NCBI RefSeq assembly: GCF_009914755.1
Contig: NC_060947.1
DNA from: the human T2T-CHM13v2.0 reference genome, Homo sapiens
Direction: 5' to 3' (one strand)
Length of the DNA: 64,000 nucleotides
The position numbers and the translations under genes are program-made. Positions 1-13,126 of the stretch are shown here, piece after piece. The notes beneath the pieces were generated by a model. That model ran no database searches and was not told where the DNA came from. It worked only from the letters and a program-made list of their open reading frames with translations. Within the stretch, counting starts at the first letter, position 1; each line of letters begins with the position of its first letter.

Positions 1-439
1 GCAGCAGTAGCAAAGTTTTGCAGAGTATCTAGTATCTTGTTAGGTATAAATTGATTATAAAGATATATGGACAGTTCAGCATTACAAAGTTATAATTCAA
101 AGTGGGTTACATAAATATGGATTTGAAGGTACCCTGCAAAAGTTATGATTGTTTGTAAAATTAAGGCTTATATTAGATATGAATGGAATATTTCTGAAGG
201 TTTTACAAGTCATAAAAATTTTACAAGTTAATGAACAGGTTATCTACTAGGATTGTTGGTAACTAGGCAACTGTGTCTGGGTAATTAATTTCCATTAAGA
301 ATATAATTTTAAACATGACCTTCTGGCACATTTTCTTCTACATGTGGGGGAAATAGTTTTATAGTCTTTTTGCAATAATGTTTTAATATATTTATATCCA
401 AGTGATGTTTTTACTAGAGTTCATATATAGAAAATTTTC

Positions 440-855
440 CATCTTAGTCCATTTGTATTGCTGTAGCAAAGTACCCAGGGCTGGGTAATTTATAAAGAAT
501 GGTAATTTATTTCTCACAGTTCTGGAAATCCAAGGTGAATGTGCTGGCAGATTGGGTATCTGCCAAAAGCAGCAATCTTAATACTGCTTTTGCTTAGCCC
601 ATAACTTGGTATATTGAGTTTCCATTTGAGTCCCTACTTCAAAGATGGCATCATTTTGTTGTATCTTCCAGAAGGGAAAAACACTGCAATCTCACATGGA
701 AGAAGGAACAAAAAGGATCAATCCACTCCGTCATGTCATTTCATAAACATCTGCCCTCGTGACTTAAAACATCCTAAAGGCCCCACTTCAAACTTATCAC
801 ATTGGTGGTTACGTTTCAACATATGAATTTTGAAAGACACATTTATCCCGTAGTA
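440..855 (-). mobile_element. MaLR solo LTR (MLT1A/MSTD-like), carrying a ~64-bp L1-derived insert
   Basis: Starts TCTTAGTCCATTTGTATTGCTGTAGCAAAGTACC...CTGGGTAATTTATAAAGAA...TTTATTTCTCACAGTTCTGG and ends ACATATGAATTTTGAAAGACACATT, matching the reverse complement of MaLR LTRs. Confidence 0.8.
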
Positions 856-1184
856 CTATATTTTATATGTAAGTGAGCAGAGTTATCTATTAGTCAAAAG
901 GCTGTATGCTCTTATCAACTGCAGAACTAGATCCACTATAGCACATTTGTATATCATCAGTTTTACTGGCAACATAATTATCAAGGTAAATGTGTACCTT
1001 GAATGAGTTTTCAATTAAAAATAATGAAGTAATTGATAATACAAAGAATTTCATGTGTAATCTGTGGCCTAAATGTTAATCCTGCCGATGGGAGGAAGGC
1101 AGACTGGGAGACCATTTAAAAATTGCCCTCTTGATTTTCAGTGATGTTCTTTGATTACTGCATGTAATGCTTTAATGAATTATA

Positions 1185-1470
1185 TTTTAATAGCTTTATT
1201 CATTACAATTTACATGCCACAGAATTATGAGCGTACAGTTCAATGATTTTTTTTAGTAAATCAATGAGTTATGCTGCCATCCATGACCATAAATCAGTTT
1301 TAGAACATTTCCATCACTTCAAAAAGTTGCCCTATGCTCATTTGCAGTCTATTGTCACTAATCCTTCCAGCCGCACACAACCAATCTGCATTATGTCTCT
1401 ATAAAGAAGTCTTTTCTGGATATTTAATTTTAATAGAATCATATAAAATATAGTATTTTGCATTGATTTA
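1185..1470 (-). mobile_element. Old L1 3' end fragment (L1MB-like)
   Basis: AGCTTTATT...TACAGTTCAATGATTTTTAGTAAAT...TTTTAGAACATTTCCATCAC is typical antisense L1MB 3' UTR. Confidence 0.7.
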
Positions 1471-1611
1471 TTTATCTGGTTGGAACATCTCTCCTCTTTG
1501 ACTGGTGGATATAGTCCATTAGAATGTGTTGCAGTTATTGATGTGATTAGATTTATGTCTCAAATTTTGCTATATGTGTGACTATTTTATGTTTTATTTT
1601 CTTTTAAAAAA

Positions 1612-2222
1612 TAATTTTTTGGTTGACAAAACTTGTATAAATTTGTCGTGTGCAATAAGATGGCTTGAAATATGTATACATTGTGGAATGGCTAAATTAA
1701 GCTAATTAACCTATGCATTAGTTCACAGGTTGAACACTTTTTTGTGGTGAGAACACTTAAAATCACTCTTTTAGTGATTTTCCAAAAACACATAAATAAG
1801 TATGCTGAAGAGATATCTGCAGGCCTATGGTTACTGCAGCATTGTTCACAATTTCAAGGATATAGAACTAACCTAACTGTCCATCAACAGAAGAATACAG
1901 AAAATGAGGCATATATACACAATGGAATATTATTTAGCCTTTAAAAAGAATACAATTCTGCCATTTATGACAACATGAATGAAGCTAGAGGACATTGTAT
2001 TAAGTGAAATAAACCAGGAAAAGAAAGACTAATACTATAGGACCTCACTTACACGTGCATTTTAAATAGTTAAACTCCTAGAAGTAGAGAGTAGAATGGT
2101 AGTTAACTGGGGCCAGGGGAATGAGGTGGAAAAATATTGGTCAAATAATACAAAATGTCATCATATAGGAGGAATAAATTCAAGAGATCTATTGTACAAC
2201 AAGAAGACTGCACTTAATAATC
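1612..2222 (-). mobile_element. Short 5'-inverted L1MA (L1MA8/9-like) 3' end
   Basis: 1612-1792 is the antisense extreme 3' end (TTGTGGTGAGAACACTTAAAATC). About 1795-2222 is the immediately upstream L1 segment in sense orientation (GAGATATCTGC...AGTGAAATAAACCAGG...GAGATCTATTGTACAAC). Confidence 0.75.
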
Positions 2223-2228
2223 TATATC

Positions 2229-2414
<186 letters not shown>

Positions 2415-3149
2415 TAAAGATACATTTAGAAATGCTAATTGCAGAATACATTTTTTCCCAGAAGAAATGTAGCTAAAAATAAGTTCTTTTGAGCAACTTT
2501 CATCCTGGTTTGGAAGTAATTGGTGCATTTGCAATTATTATTTCATACTTCTTTTATACTGTTATCAGAGGATATTAAGGACTAGGATGCTGAGAATAAA
2601 AACAAAACAGAAAAAGCTTAATCAAAGATAATAACTAATGTATTACTTTTTCTTTACAATGATTTTTCCTGTATATAATCAACTGCTTGTCAACTAACCA
2701 AAGGCACATCTTAAACAGTTTTACAGGTTACAAACCCAACGGCTAAGGAACCCCATGGTAGTTGAGGCAGTATTGCCCAGGGTAGAGGACAAGGTTATCA
2801 ATACATCCTAAAATAAGTGATTGAAACTCAAGAAGTCATTTCATATATGAACTGGAAAATGTTGAAGATGTACATTAATTTTTCATGTTGCTATATTAAG
2901 TATGCATTTTAAAATAATACCAATAGTCACCAAAAGAACACTACCAAAAACAAATGTGTAATAAGGCATAGAAAAACTGTAGATCCAGAAACATTTAAGA
3001 AAGATAAATAAATTAGAAAAATAGCACAAACAGAAAAGACAAAAATAAGTCATAATATATAATCTTAATAATAAATATAAATGAATCAATGCTCTAGTTA
3101 CAAAAAAAATTTGCTACAAGGTATACAAAAATTTTGTAAAAACTTGTTT

Positions 3150-5028
3150 ACACTAATGTTGGGTTTGGATTGTTTTTGCCTTTCTATTTCCTTGAAGTAC
3201 ATAATCAGGTTATTTATTTGACTTCTTTCCATTGTTTCGATGTGGGTGTTTTTTGTTTGTTTGTTTGTTTGGTTTTGTTTTTGCTGTAAACTTCACTTTT
3301 AGTACTGCTTTTACTTAACTCATAGCTTTTGGTATGTTGAGCTTCTATTTTACTTGTTTAAAAATCTTTTAAATTTTTATTTTTAATTTCTTCATTGTCC
3401 CATTGGTCATTCAGGAGTACATTAAGTTCCATGTATTTGTACAGTTTCTGGAGCTCTACTTGCTATAGATTTCATAGTTTTATTCTGTTGTGGTTAGAAA
3501 ACTTACTTGATATGATTTTTATTTTTTGAATTTTTGAGACTTTTTTGTGACTGAACATAAGGTCTATCCTGGGAAATATTTCATGTGCCGATGCGAAAAA
3601 AACATGTGTATGCTATAGCTGTTGAATCAAGTGTTCTGAAGTGTTCTGTTAGGTCAATTTGCTCTAGATCATAGAGTAGTTTAACTGTGATGTTTCTTTG
3701 TTGATTTTCGGCCTAAATGATCTGTCCATTGCTAAAAGTAAGGTGTTGAAGTCTTCTGTTATTATTGCATTGCAGTATCTCTTCATTTAGATCTAACAAT
3801 ATTTCCTTTATATATTCTAGTGCTCCAGTGTTGAGTACATATATATTTACTATTGTTATGTTCTCTTTCTCAATTGACACCTTTATCATTATATAATGAC
3901 TTTCTTTGTCTCTTGCTACAGTTTTAGACCAAGTCCATTTTATGTTACACAAGCAAAGCTACTCCTGCTCCTAAATGGTTTCTATTTGGATGGCATATCC
4001 TTTTCCATCCCTTAACTTTTATTTTATGTGTGTCTTTATAGGTGGAGTGATTTTCTTGTAGAAAGCAACTTGTCGGGTCTTGTTTTTTAATCAAAATCAG
4101 CCACATTATGTCTTTAATTCAATAATTTAGTACATTTACAGTCAATATTATTATTAAATGTTAACAATTACTACTGTCATTTAGTTACTTGTTTTTTAGT
4201 TGTTTTGTAACTCCTCTCTTTTATTACTCCTTTTCTACTAACTTTCTTTGAGGTTATGTAATTTTGTCTGGTAGAATGTTTTGATTCATTGTTTATTTTT
4301 TATTTGTAGTGTGTCTGCTACAGGTTTTCCGCTTGTGGTTACATGAAGCTTATAAAAATCCTAGAGCTATAAAAAGTTATTTATAACTTAATAGCAACTT
4401 AACTTTTATTACAATAAAATAAATGAACCAACAAAAAACCCTGTAAACATTAACTTCCTTTGCCCCCCACATTTTGAATTTTTGATGTCAAAATTTACAT
4501 TTTTATATTGTCTATCTCTAAATAAATTGTTGTAGTTGTTATTTTAATAGTTTTTTTCTTTAATTTTCTTACTGAAGATATAAATGGGTTACACACTATG
4601 ATGACAATATTTGGGTAACAATCACTTTAACATACTTCTACGTTTGAAGAACTTTCTTTAGCATTTCTGATGAGACATGTCTGGCATTAATAAATTCCCT
4701 CAGCTTTTGTTTGTCTGGGAAAGTTGTCATATCTCCTTCATTTCTAAAGGACAGCTTGTCTGGATTCAGTATTTTTTTATTACAATATTTTTTCTTCAGT
4801 ACTATGAATATATTGCCCCTCTCCCTCCTGGCCTGTACGTTTTCTGCTAAGAAGTCTTCTTCTAGGAGTATTGAATCTCCCTTATGTGTTTTTTTCTCCT
4901 TTTCTCTCACTTCTTGCAGGATTGCATTGTCTTTGACCTTTGAGAGTTTATTATAATATATATTGGGGTATTGTTATTTGGGTTGAATATGAATGGTGAC
5001 CTTTGACATTCCAGTACCTGAATATTTA
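3150..5028 (-). mobile_element. Old L1M fragment: ORF1 3' part, inter-ORF region, ORF2 endonuclease region
   Basis: Minus ORFs 4638-4910 (KLSFRNEG..FPDKQKLREFI, L1 ORF1p C-terminus) and 3713-3952 (RDKESHYIMIK..ITIVNIY..NTGA, L1 endonuclease). Confidence 0.85.
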
Positions 5029-6631
5029 GATACATGAAAACTAAGCAACTTGCCTCTTAATTGTTTCTGGGTAAAGAATGAAATTAAGTCATAGATCAAA
5101 AAATTATTTGAAACAAATAAAAATAGACACACAATAAACTAAAATCTCTGAGATATGGCCAAAACAAAGTTAAGAGGAACATCTATAGTGCTAAATGCCT
5201 ACATGAAGAAGTTAGAACATTCTCAAATTAACAAACCAATGTCACACATAAAGGAACTAGAAAATCAAAGATGAACAAAATTCAAAACTATCATAAAAAA
5301 GAGTTAAGATCAGAGGAGAACTACATGAAATTCAGACCAAAGAAGCCATACAAATTATAAATAAAACAAAAACTAGTTTTTCGAAAGAATAAACAACATT
5401 GATAGACCACCAGGTAGATTGTAAAAGAAATAAAAGAGAATCCAGATATGTAAAATGAGAAATGACAAAGATGGCATTATACATCATCTTACAGAAATAG
5501 AACAGATTTTCAGACACTTTCATGAACACTTCTATATGTGCAAAATAGAAAATCCAAATGAAATGGGTAAATTCCTAGAAACACATAACCTGCAATATTG
5601 AACCAGGAAAAAATTGAAACACTAAACAGACCAATAATGAGTTATGAAATAGAATTTGTAATAAGAAAACTACCCACCAACAAAAGCCCTGGGCCAGACG
5701 GATTAATAATCAATCTCTGCCAGATGTACAAAGAAGAGGTGGTAGCAATCATACAGAAATTATTCCAAAAGATTGACAAGGAAGCATTTCTCCCTGACTA
5801 ATTGATGAAAACAGTATCATCCTGATAACAAAATCTGTCAATGACACAATAAAGGAATTAAAACCAAAGACAATAATCTTCTCGTTTTATTTCTTTGCTG
5901 TTGTCTGAACAAAGAAATGAAAGTCCCCTAAAAAAATTAACAAACAGCATCCAGCAGCAGATCAAAAAGATAATTCATAAAAAATGAGGGGGCTTTATTT
6001 CTGAAATACAAAGATGACTCAATATACACAAATCAATGAACATGATTTACCAAATAAACTGAATTAATAAAAAAACTGTATAAAACCTAAATAGATGCAG
6101 AAAAAGCATTTGATAAAATCAAATATCTCTTCATGACAAAATCCCTAAAAAAAACTACGCGTTGAAGTAGTACAACTCAAAATATTAAGAGCCATTTATG
6201 AGAAAATCCAATGTCAACATCATCCTGAGGAGGCAAAAGTTGAAAGCATTGCCCCTAAAAACTGGAACAAGACTAGGATATTCACTCTCACCACTCCTAT
6301 TCAACATAGTACTGGAAGTCCTAGTCAGAACAATAAGGCAAGATAAAGAAATAAAATGCATCTAAATCGGAAAAAAGAAAGGTAAATTATCTCTGTTCAC
6401 TAAGGTTATGATTCTATACCTAGAAAATCCTGAAGATTCCTCCAAAAGACTCGTAGATTAGAAACATGAATTTAGTAAAGTTTCAGGATACAAAATCAAT
6501 GTACACAAGTCAGTAGCATTTCTATACACTAATAACATTCAAGGTGAGAACCATATCAAGAATGCAGTTTCATTTACAAAAACGACAAAAAAACCTACCA
6601 ATATATCTAACCAAGTAGTTGATAGATTTCT

Positions 6632-6950
6632 TTTTCTTTCTTTCTTTTTTTTTTTTTTTTTTTGAGGTGGAGTCTCGCTCTGTTGCCCAGGCTGGGGTGC
6701 TGTGGCGCAATCTTGGCTCACTGCAAGCTCCACCTCTCGGGTTCACGCCATTCTCCTGCCTCAGCCTCCTGAGTAGCTGGGACTACAGGTGCCTGCCCCC
6801 ACACCCAGCTAATTTTTTTGTTTTGTATTTTTAGTAGAGACAGGGTTTCACCATGTTAGCCAGGATGGTCTCGATCTCCTGACCTTGTGATCCACCTGCC
6901 TCGGCCTCCCAAAGTGCTGGGATTACAGGCGTGAGCCACCCCACCTGGCC
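6632..6950 (-). mobile_element. AluY, full length
   Basis: AluY diagnostics (CTGCAAGCTCC, GTTCACGCCATTCTCC). 18-bp TSD AGTAGTTGATAGATTTCT at 6614-6631 and 6951-6968. Confidence 0.95.
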
Positions 6951-7266
6951 AGTAGTTGATAGATTTCTATAAAGACAACTACAAAAGAAAGACGAAAGAA
7001 ATTACAGATGACACAAACAGAAGGAAGACAATTCTATGCTCATAAATTGAAAGAATCAATATCATCAAAATCCATATACTACCCAAAGACATATACAAAT
7101 TCAACACTATTCCTATGAAATTACCAACATAATGTTTACAGAATTAAAAAATAATTATATAATTTAAAAGATACCAAATAAAAGAGCCTAAATAGCCAAA
7201 GCAATCTTACACAAAAGAATAAAGCAAGACACATCATGTAATCTGACTTCAAACTTTATTAAAATG

Positions 7267-7646
7267 TGTATTAGTTTGTTCTCATGCTGCTGTAAAGAAT
7301 TGCCTGAGACTGGGTAGTTTATAAAGAAAAGAGGTTTAGTTGACTCACAGTTCTGCAGGGCTGGGGAGGCCTTAGGAAACTTACCATCATGGAGTAAAGG
7401 GAAGCAAACATGCCATTCTTCACATGGTGGCAGGAAGGTGAATTGCCAAGCAAAAGACGAAAGCCACTTATAAAACCATCAGCTCTTGTGAGAACTCACT
7501 CATTATCACGAGAATAGCATGGAGGTAACCACCCCATGATTCAATTACCTCCCACCAGGTCCCTCCCATGACACACAGCCATGTGGGGATTATGGGAACT
7601 ACAATTCAAGATGAGATTTCCGTGGGGACACAGCCAAATCATATCA
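7267..7646 (-). mobile_element. THE1 (THE1C/D-like) solo LTR
   Basis: TGTATTAGTTTGTTCTCATGCTGC...GTGGGGACACAGCCAAATCATATCA, with TG...CA termini. Confidence 0.92.
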
Positions 7647-8300
7647 TAAGCCTACAGAGAACCAAAAGCAAAAACAAAAACAAAATGAAGCATGGCACTA
7701 TTACAAAATGGACATATAGACCAATGGAACAGAATAGAGAACCCAGAAACAAAGCCACATACCTACACCCAACTGATCTTCAAAAAGAATGACAAAAATA
7801 AACACTGGGGATAGGAGACCTCGTTCAATAAGTGGTACTGGGAAATTGGCTAGCTTCATGCAGGAAAATTAAACTGGATCCATATTTTGCTATAAAAGCA
7901 AAAATTGACAAATGGTATCTAATTAAACTAAAGAGTTTCTGCATAGCAAAATAAACTATCTACACAGTCAACACATAGCCTACAGAATGGTAGAAAATAT
8001 TTGCAAACTATGCATTTAACAAAGGACTAATGTCCTAAATTCACAAGAATCTTAAACATAACAAGAAACAAAACAGGTAGCCCCATCAAAAAGTGAGCAA
8101 AGGATATGAGCAGATGCTTCTCAAAAAAAAAAAACATACAAGTGGCTAATAAGTATATTGAAAAAAAAGTTCAACATCACTAATAATCAAAGAAATGGAA
8201 ATTGAACTCACAATGAGATACCAACTCATGCCAGTCAGAATAATGATTATTAAAAAGTCAAAAAATAATAGATATTGTCAAGGGTGCAGGGAACACATAA

Positions 8301-9053
8301 TGTGTCTGGAATTGATTCCTTCTGGTTGGTTCTTGGTCTCGCTGACAAGAACGAAGCTGCGGACCCTCGCAGTGAGTGTTACAGTTCTTAAAGATGGTGT
8401 GTCCAGAGTGTGTTCCTTCAGATGTTCAGATGTGTCCAGAGTTTCTTCCTTCTGGTGGGTTCATGGTCTTGCTGACTTTAGGAGTGAAGCCGCAGACCTT
8501 CGCAGTGAGCGTTACAGCTCATAAAGGTAGTGTGGACCCACAGAGTGAGCAGCACCAAGATTTATTGTGAAGACTGAAAGAACAAAGCTTCCACAGCAGG
8601 AAGTTGCCACTGCTGGCTTAGGTGGCCAGCTTTTATTCCCTTATTTGGCCCCACCCATATCCTGCCGATTGGCCCATATTACAGAGTGTTGATTGGCCCG
8701 TTTTTACAGAGTGCTGATTGGTGTGTTTACAAACCTTTAGCTAGACACAGAGCACTGATTGGTGTGTTTTTACAGAGTGCTGATTGGTGCATTTACAAAC
8801 CTTTAGCTAGACACAGAGCGCTGATTGGTGCATTTTTACAGAGTGCTGATTGGTGCATTTACAAACCTTTAGCTAGACACAGAGCGCTGATTGGTGCATT
8901 TTTACGGAGTGCTGATTGGTGCGTTTACAAACCTTTAGCTAGACACAGATCACTGATTGGTGTGCTGATTGGTGCATTTACAATCCTTTAGCTAGACAGA
9001 AAAGTTCTCCAAGTCCCCACCCTGCCCAGAAGCCCAGCCGGCTTCACCTCTCA
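8301..9053 (-). mobile_element. ERV9 solo LTR (LTR12F-like)
   Basis: TGTGTCTGGAATTG...GGCTTCACCTCTCA. 4-bp TSD ATAA at 8297-8300 and 9054-9057. Confidence 0.93.
8683..9000. repeat. 66-bp tandem repeat (about 4.5 copies) in LTR12 U3, two CCAAT boxes per unit
   Basis: Unit TTTTTACAGAGTGCTGATTGGTGCATTTACAAACCTTTAGCTAGACACAGAGCGCTGATTGGTGCA starts at 8701, 8767, 8833 and 8899. Confidence 0.92.
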
Positions 9054-10092
9054 ATAATAATACTTGTGGGAAGGTAGATTAGTTCTGCCCCTATGAAAAG
9101 CAGTTTGGAGATTCCTCAATAAACGAAAAATAGAACCACAATTCCACCCAGCAGTCCCATCACTAGGTTTAGATCCAAGAAAATAGATATTCTATCAAAA
9201 ATACACCTGCACTTGTATGTTTATTGTAGCACTGCTCACAATAACAAAGCCATGGAATCAACCTAGGTTCCATCAACATTCAATCAAATTAACAAAATGT
9301 GGTACATGTACACCATGGAATACTATGCAGCCAAAAAATAATAATGAAAGCATGTTCTTTGCAGCAACTTAGATGCAGCTGGAGCTCATTATCTTAAGGG
9401 AACTAAAACAGAAACAGAAAATTAAATACCACGTGTTCTTACTTAGATGTGGGAGCTAAACAATGGGTGCACATGGACATAAAGATGAAAACAATAGACA
9501 CTGGGGACTTCAAAGATGGGAGACAGGGAGGGGATGCCCGGGTTGAAAAAGTCCCTATTGGCTACTATGTTCACTATTTGACAGGTTGAAGAGAAGCCCA
9601 AACCTCAGCATTGCAGAATATATCAATGTAACAAACTTGTACATGTACCCCTGAATTTGAAATAAAAAAAAAATCAATACAATTCATATGAAAATGCCAA
9701 CGGCATTCTTCACATAAAAAAAAATAGTAAAACTTGTATGTGACCACAGAGACCAAAAAGCAAAAGTGGTTAGAGACAAAAGCTAGAGGAATCACACAAC
9801 CTGATTTCATATTATACAATAAAGTTATGTTAACTGAAACAGCATGGTGCTAGCATAAGAAAAAGCATGAGCAATGGAATAGAATTGGACGATGTAATAG
9901 AACAGGTAACACAGATACAGATCCATGCCTTTACAACTATCTAATTTTCAATAGAGGTGCCAAAACTGTGCGTTGTGGAAAAGATAGTCTCTTTAATAAA
10001 CAGTGCTGGGAAGATTGGATATTCATATACATAATAATAAAACTGGATTTCTCATCTGTTACCATATACAAACATCAAGTCAAAATGGATTA

Positions 10093-10278
<186 letters not shown>

Positions 10279-12198
10279 TTAAATGGAACACCTGGAACTA
10301 AGAAACTGCTTAAGGAAAATTTTGGGAAAACACTTCAGGACATCGAGCTGGGCAAAAGGTTTTGGGTGAGGCCTACAAGGACAGACAACAAAATCCAAAA
10401 TCAGAAATAGACAAATGAGATTGCATCAAGCTTGAAAGTTTCTGCAAAGTAAAGGAAGCTGTCAACAAAGTGAGGGAAAACCTTCAGAATGGAAGAAAAT
10501 ATTATAAATGATCTATTCCACAAGGGATTAATAACTATAATATAAAAATAACTCACACAACTCAGTAACATAAAAGAAATAATCCAATTCACAAAATGTG
10601 CAAAAAGCCTAAATAGACATTTCTCAGAAGAAGACACACAAATACCTAACAGGTTTATTAAAAAAAGCTCTACATCACTAATCATCAAGGAAATGCAAAT
10701 CAAAAACCACAATGAGATATTGTCTAACAGAATTTAGAATGGTTATTATTAGAAAGACAAAAATATAACAAGTGCTGATGAGGATGCCTAAATAGGGAAA
10801 CATTCATACACTGTTAGTGGGAAGGTAAAGTGTAAGAGTAAAGCCAGAAGATGGCCAAATAGGAATAGCTCGGGTCTGCAGCTCCCAGTGAGATCAAAGC
10901 AGAAGGCATGTGATTTCTGCATTTCCAACTGAGGTACCTGGCTCATCTCATTGGGACTGGTTAGACAGTGGGTGCAGCTCACGGAGGGTGAGCCAAAGCA
11001 GGGTGGGGCATCACCTCACTTGGGAAGCACAAGGGGTCAGGGAACTCCTTCCCCTAGCCAAGGGAAGCTGTGAGAGACTGTGCCATGAAAAATGGTGCAC
11101 TCTGGCCCAGATAATATGTTTTTCCCATGGTCTTCACAACCCGCAGACCAGGACATTCCCTCAGGTGCCTACACCACCAGGGCCCTGGGTTTCCAGCGCA
11201 AAACTGGGAGGCCTTTTGGGTAAACACTGAGCTAGCTGCAGGAGTTTTTTTGTTTGTTTGTTTGTTTTCATACCCCAGTGGCGCCTGGAATGCCAGTGAG
11301 ACAGAATAGTTAAATCCCCTAGACAGGGGGCTGAAGCCAGGGAGTCAAGTAGTCTAGCTCAGTGGATCTCACCCCAACAGAACCCAGCAAACTAAGATCC
11401 ACTGGCTTGAAATTCTCACTGCCAGCACAGCAGTCTGAAGTCGACCTGGGATGCCCAAGCTTTGTTGGGGGAGGAGTGTTCACCATTACTGAGGCCTGAG
11501 TAGGCAGTTTTTCCTTCACACTGTAAACAAAGTCTCTGGGAAGCTCAGACTGGGCCGAGCCCACCACAACTCAGCAAAGCCACTGTAGCCAGGCTGCCTC
11601 TCTAGATTCCTCCTCTCTGGGCAGGGCATCAGTGAAAGAAAGGCAGCAGCTCCAGTCAGGGGCTTATAGATAAAACTCCCATCTCCCTGGGACAGAGCAC
11701 CTAGGGGAAGGGGCAGCTGTGGGTGCAGCTTGAGCAGATTTAAATGTTCCTGCCTGCTGGCTCTGAAGAGAGCAGCAGGTCTCCCAGCACAGTGCTTGAG
11801 CTCTGCTAAGGGACAGACTGCCTCCTCAAGTGGGTCCCTGACCCCTGTGCCTCCTGACTGGGAGACACCTCCCAGCAGGGGTCAACAGACACCTCATACA
11901 GGAGAGCTCCTGGTGGCATCTGGCAGGTGCTCCTCTGGGACGAAGCTTCCAGAGCAAGAAACAGGCAGCAATCTTTGCTGTTCTGCAGCCTCAGCTGGTG
12001 ATACCCAGGCATACAGGGTCTGGAGTGGACCTCCAGCAAACTGCAGCAGACCTGCAGCAGACCTGCAGCAGAGGGGCCTGACAGTTAGGAGGAAAACTAA
12101 CAAACAGAAAGGAATACCATCAACATCAACCAAAAAAAGTTCACACAAAAACCACATCTGAAGGTCACCAACGTCAAAGGCCAAAGGTAGATAAATCC

Positions 12199-13126
12199 AT
12201 GAAGATGAGGAAAAACCAGCGCAAAAAGGCTGAAAATCCTAAAAAGCAGAATGCCTCTTCTCCTCCAAAGGATCACAACTCTTCACCAGCAAGGGAACAA
12301 AGCTGGACGGAGAATGAGTTTGACAAATTGACAGTAGTAGGCTTCAGAAGGTGGGTAATAACAAACTCCTCCAAGCTAAAGGAACATATTCTAGCCCAAT
12401 GCAATGAAGCTAAGAACCTTGAAAGAAGGTTGGAGGAATTGCTAACTAGAATAACCAGTTTAGAGAAGAACATAAATGACCTGATGGAGCTGAAAAACAC
12501 AGTACAAGAACTTTGTGAAGCATACTCAAGTATCAATAGCCGAATCGACCAAGCAGAAGAAAGGATATCAGAGATTGAAGATCAACTTGATGAAATAAAG
12601 TGTGAAGACAAGATTAGAGACAAAAAGAATGAAAAGGAATGAACAAAGCCTCCAAGAAATACGGGACTATGTGAAAAGACCAAACCTATGTTTGATTGGT
12701 GCACCTGAAAGTGACGGGGAGAATGGAACTAAGTTGGGAAACACTTTTCAGGATATTATCTAGGAGAACTTCCCCAACCTAGCAAGACAGGGCAACATGT
12801 AAATCAGGAAATACAGAGAACACCACAAACATATTCCTTGAGAAGAGCAACCCCAAGACACACAATCGTCAGCTTCACCAAGGTTGAAATGAAGAAAAAA
12901 TGTTAAGAGCAACCAGAAAGAAAGGTCGGGTTACCCACAAAGGGAAGCCCACCAGACTAACAGTGGATCTCTCTGCGGAAACCCTACAAGCCAGAAGAGA
13001 GTGGGGGCCAATATTCAACATTCTTAAAGAAAAGAATTTTTAACCCAGGATTTCATATTCAGCCAAATTAAGCTTCATAAGTGAAGGAGATATAAAATCC
13101 TTTACAGTCAAGCAAATGTTGAGAGA
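12199..13126 (+). pseudogene. L1 ORF1p remnant (frameshifted, premature stops, 3' end deleted)
   Basis: Translation MRKNQRKKAENPKKQNASSPPKDHNSSPAREQSWTENEFDKLT..coiled coil..RIDQAEERISEIED. The frame is lost near 12625. Confidence 0.9.

Larger units (their letters stand above)
5029..9673 (+). mobile_element. 5'-truncated L1PB4/L1PA17-like element interrupted by AluY, THE1 and LTR12
   Basis: ORF2 remnant 5598-5801 (NQEKIETLNRPI..LPTNKSPGPDG). Collinear ORF2 continues to a 3' UTR and A-tail near 9661-9673. Confidence 0.85.

Noticed and set aside
8686-8991. 22-aa repeat protein, or a CRISPR-like array
   Set aside because: It is the LTR12 U3 tandem repeat. Units are contiguous with no unique spacers, and the frame stays open because 66 is a multiple of 3.
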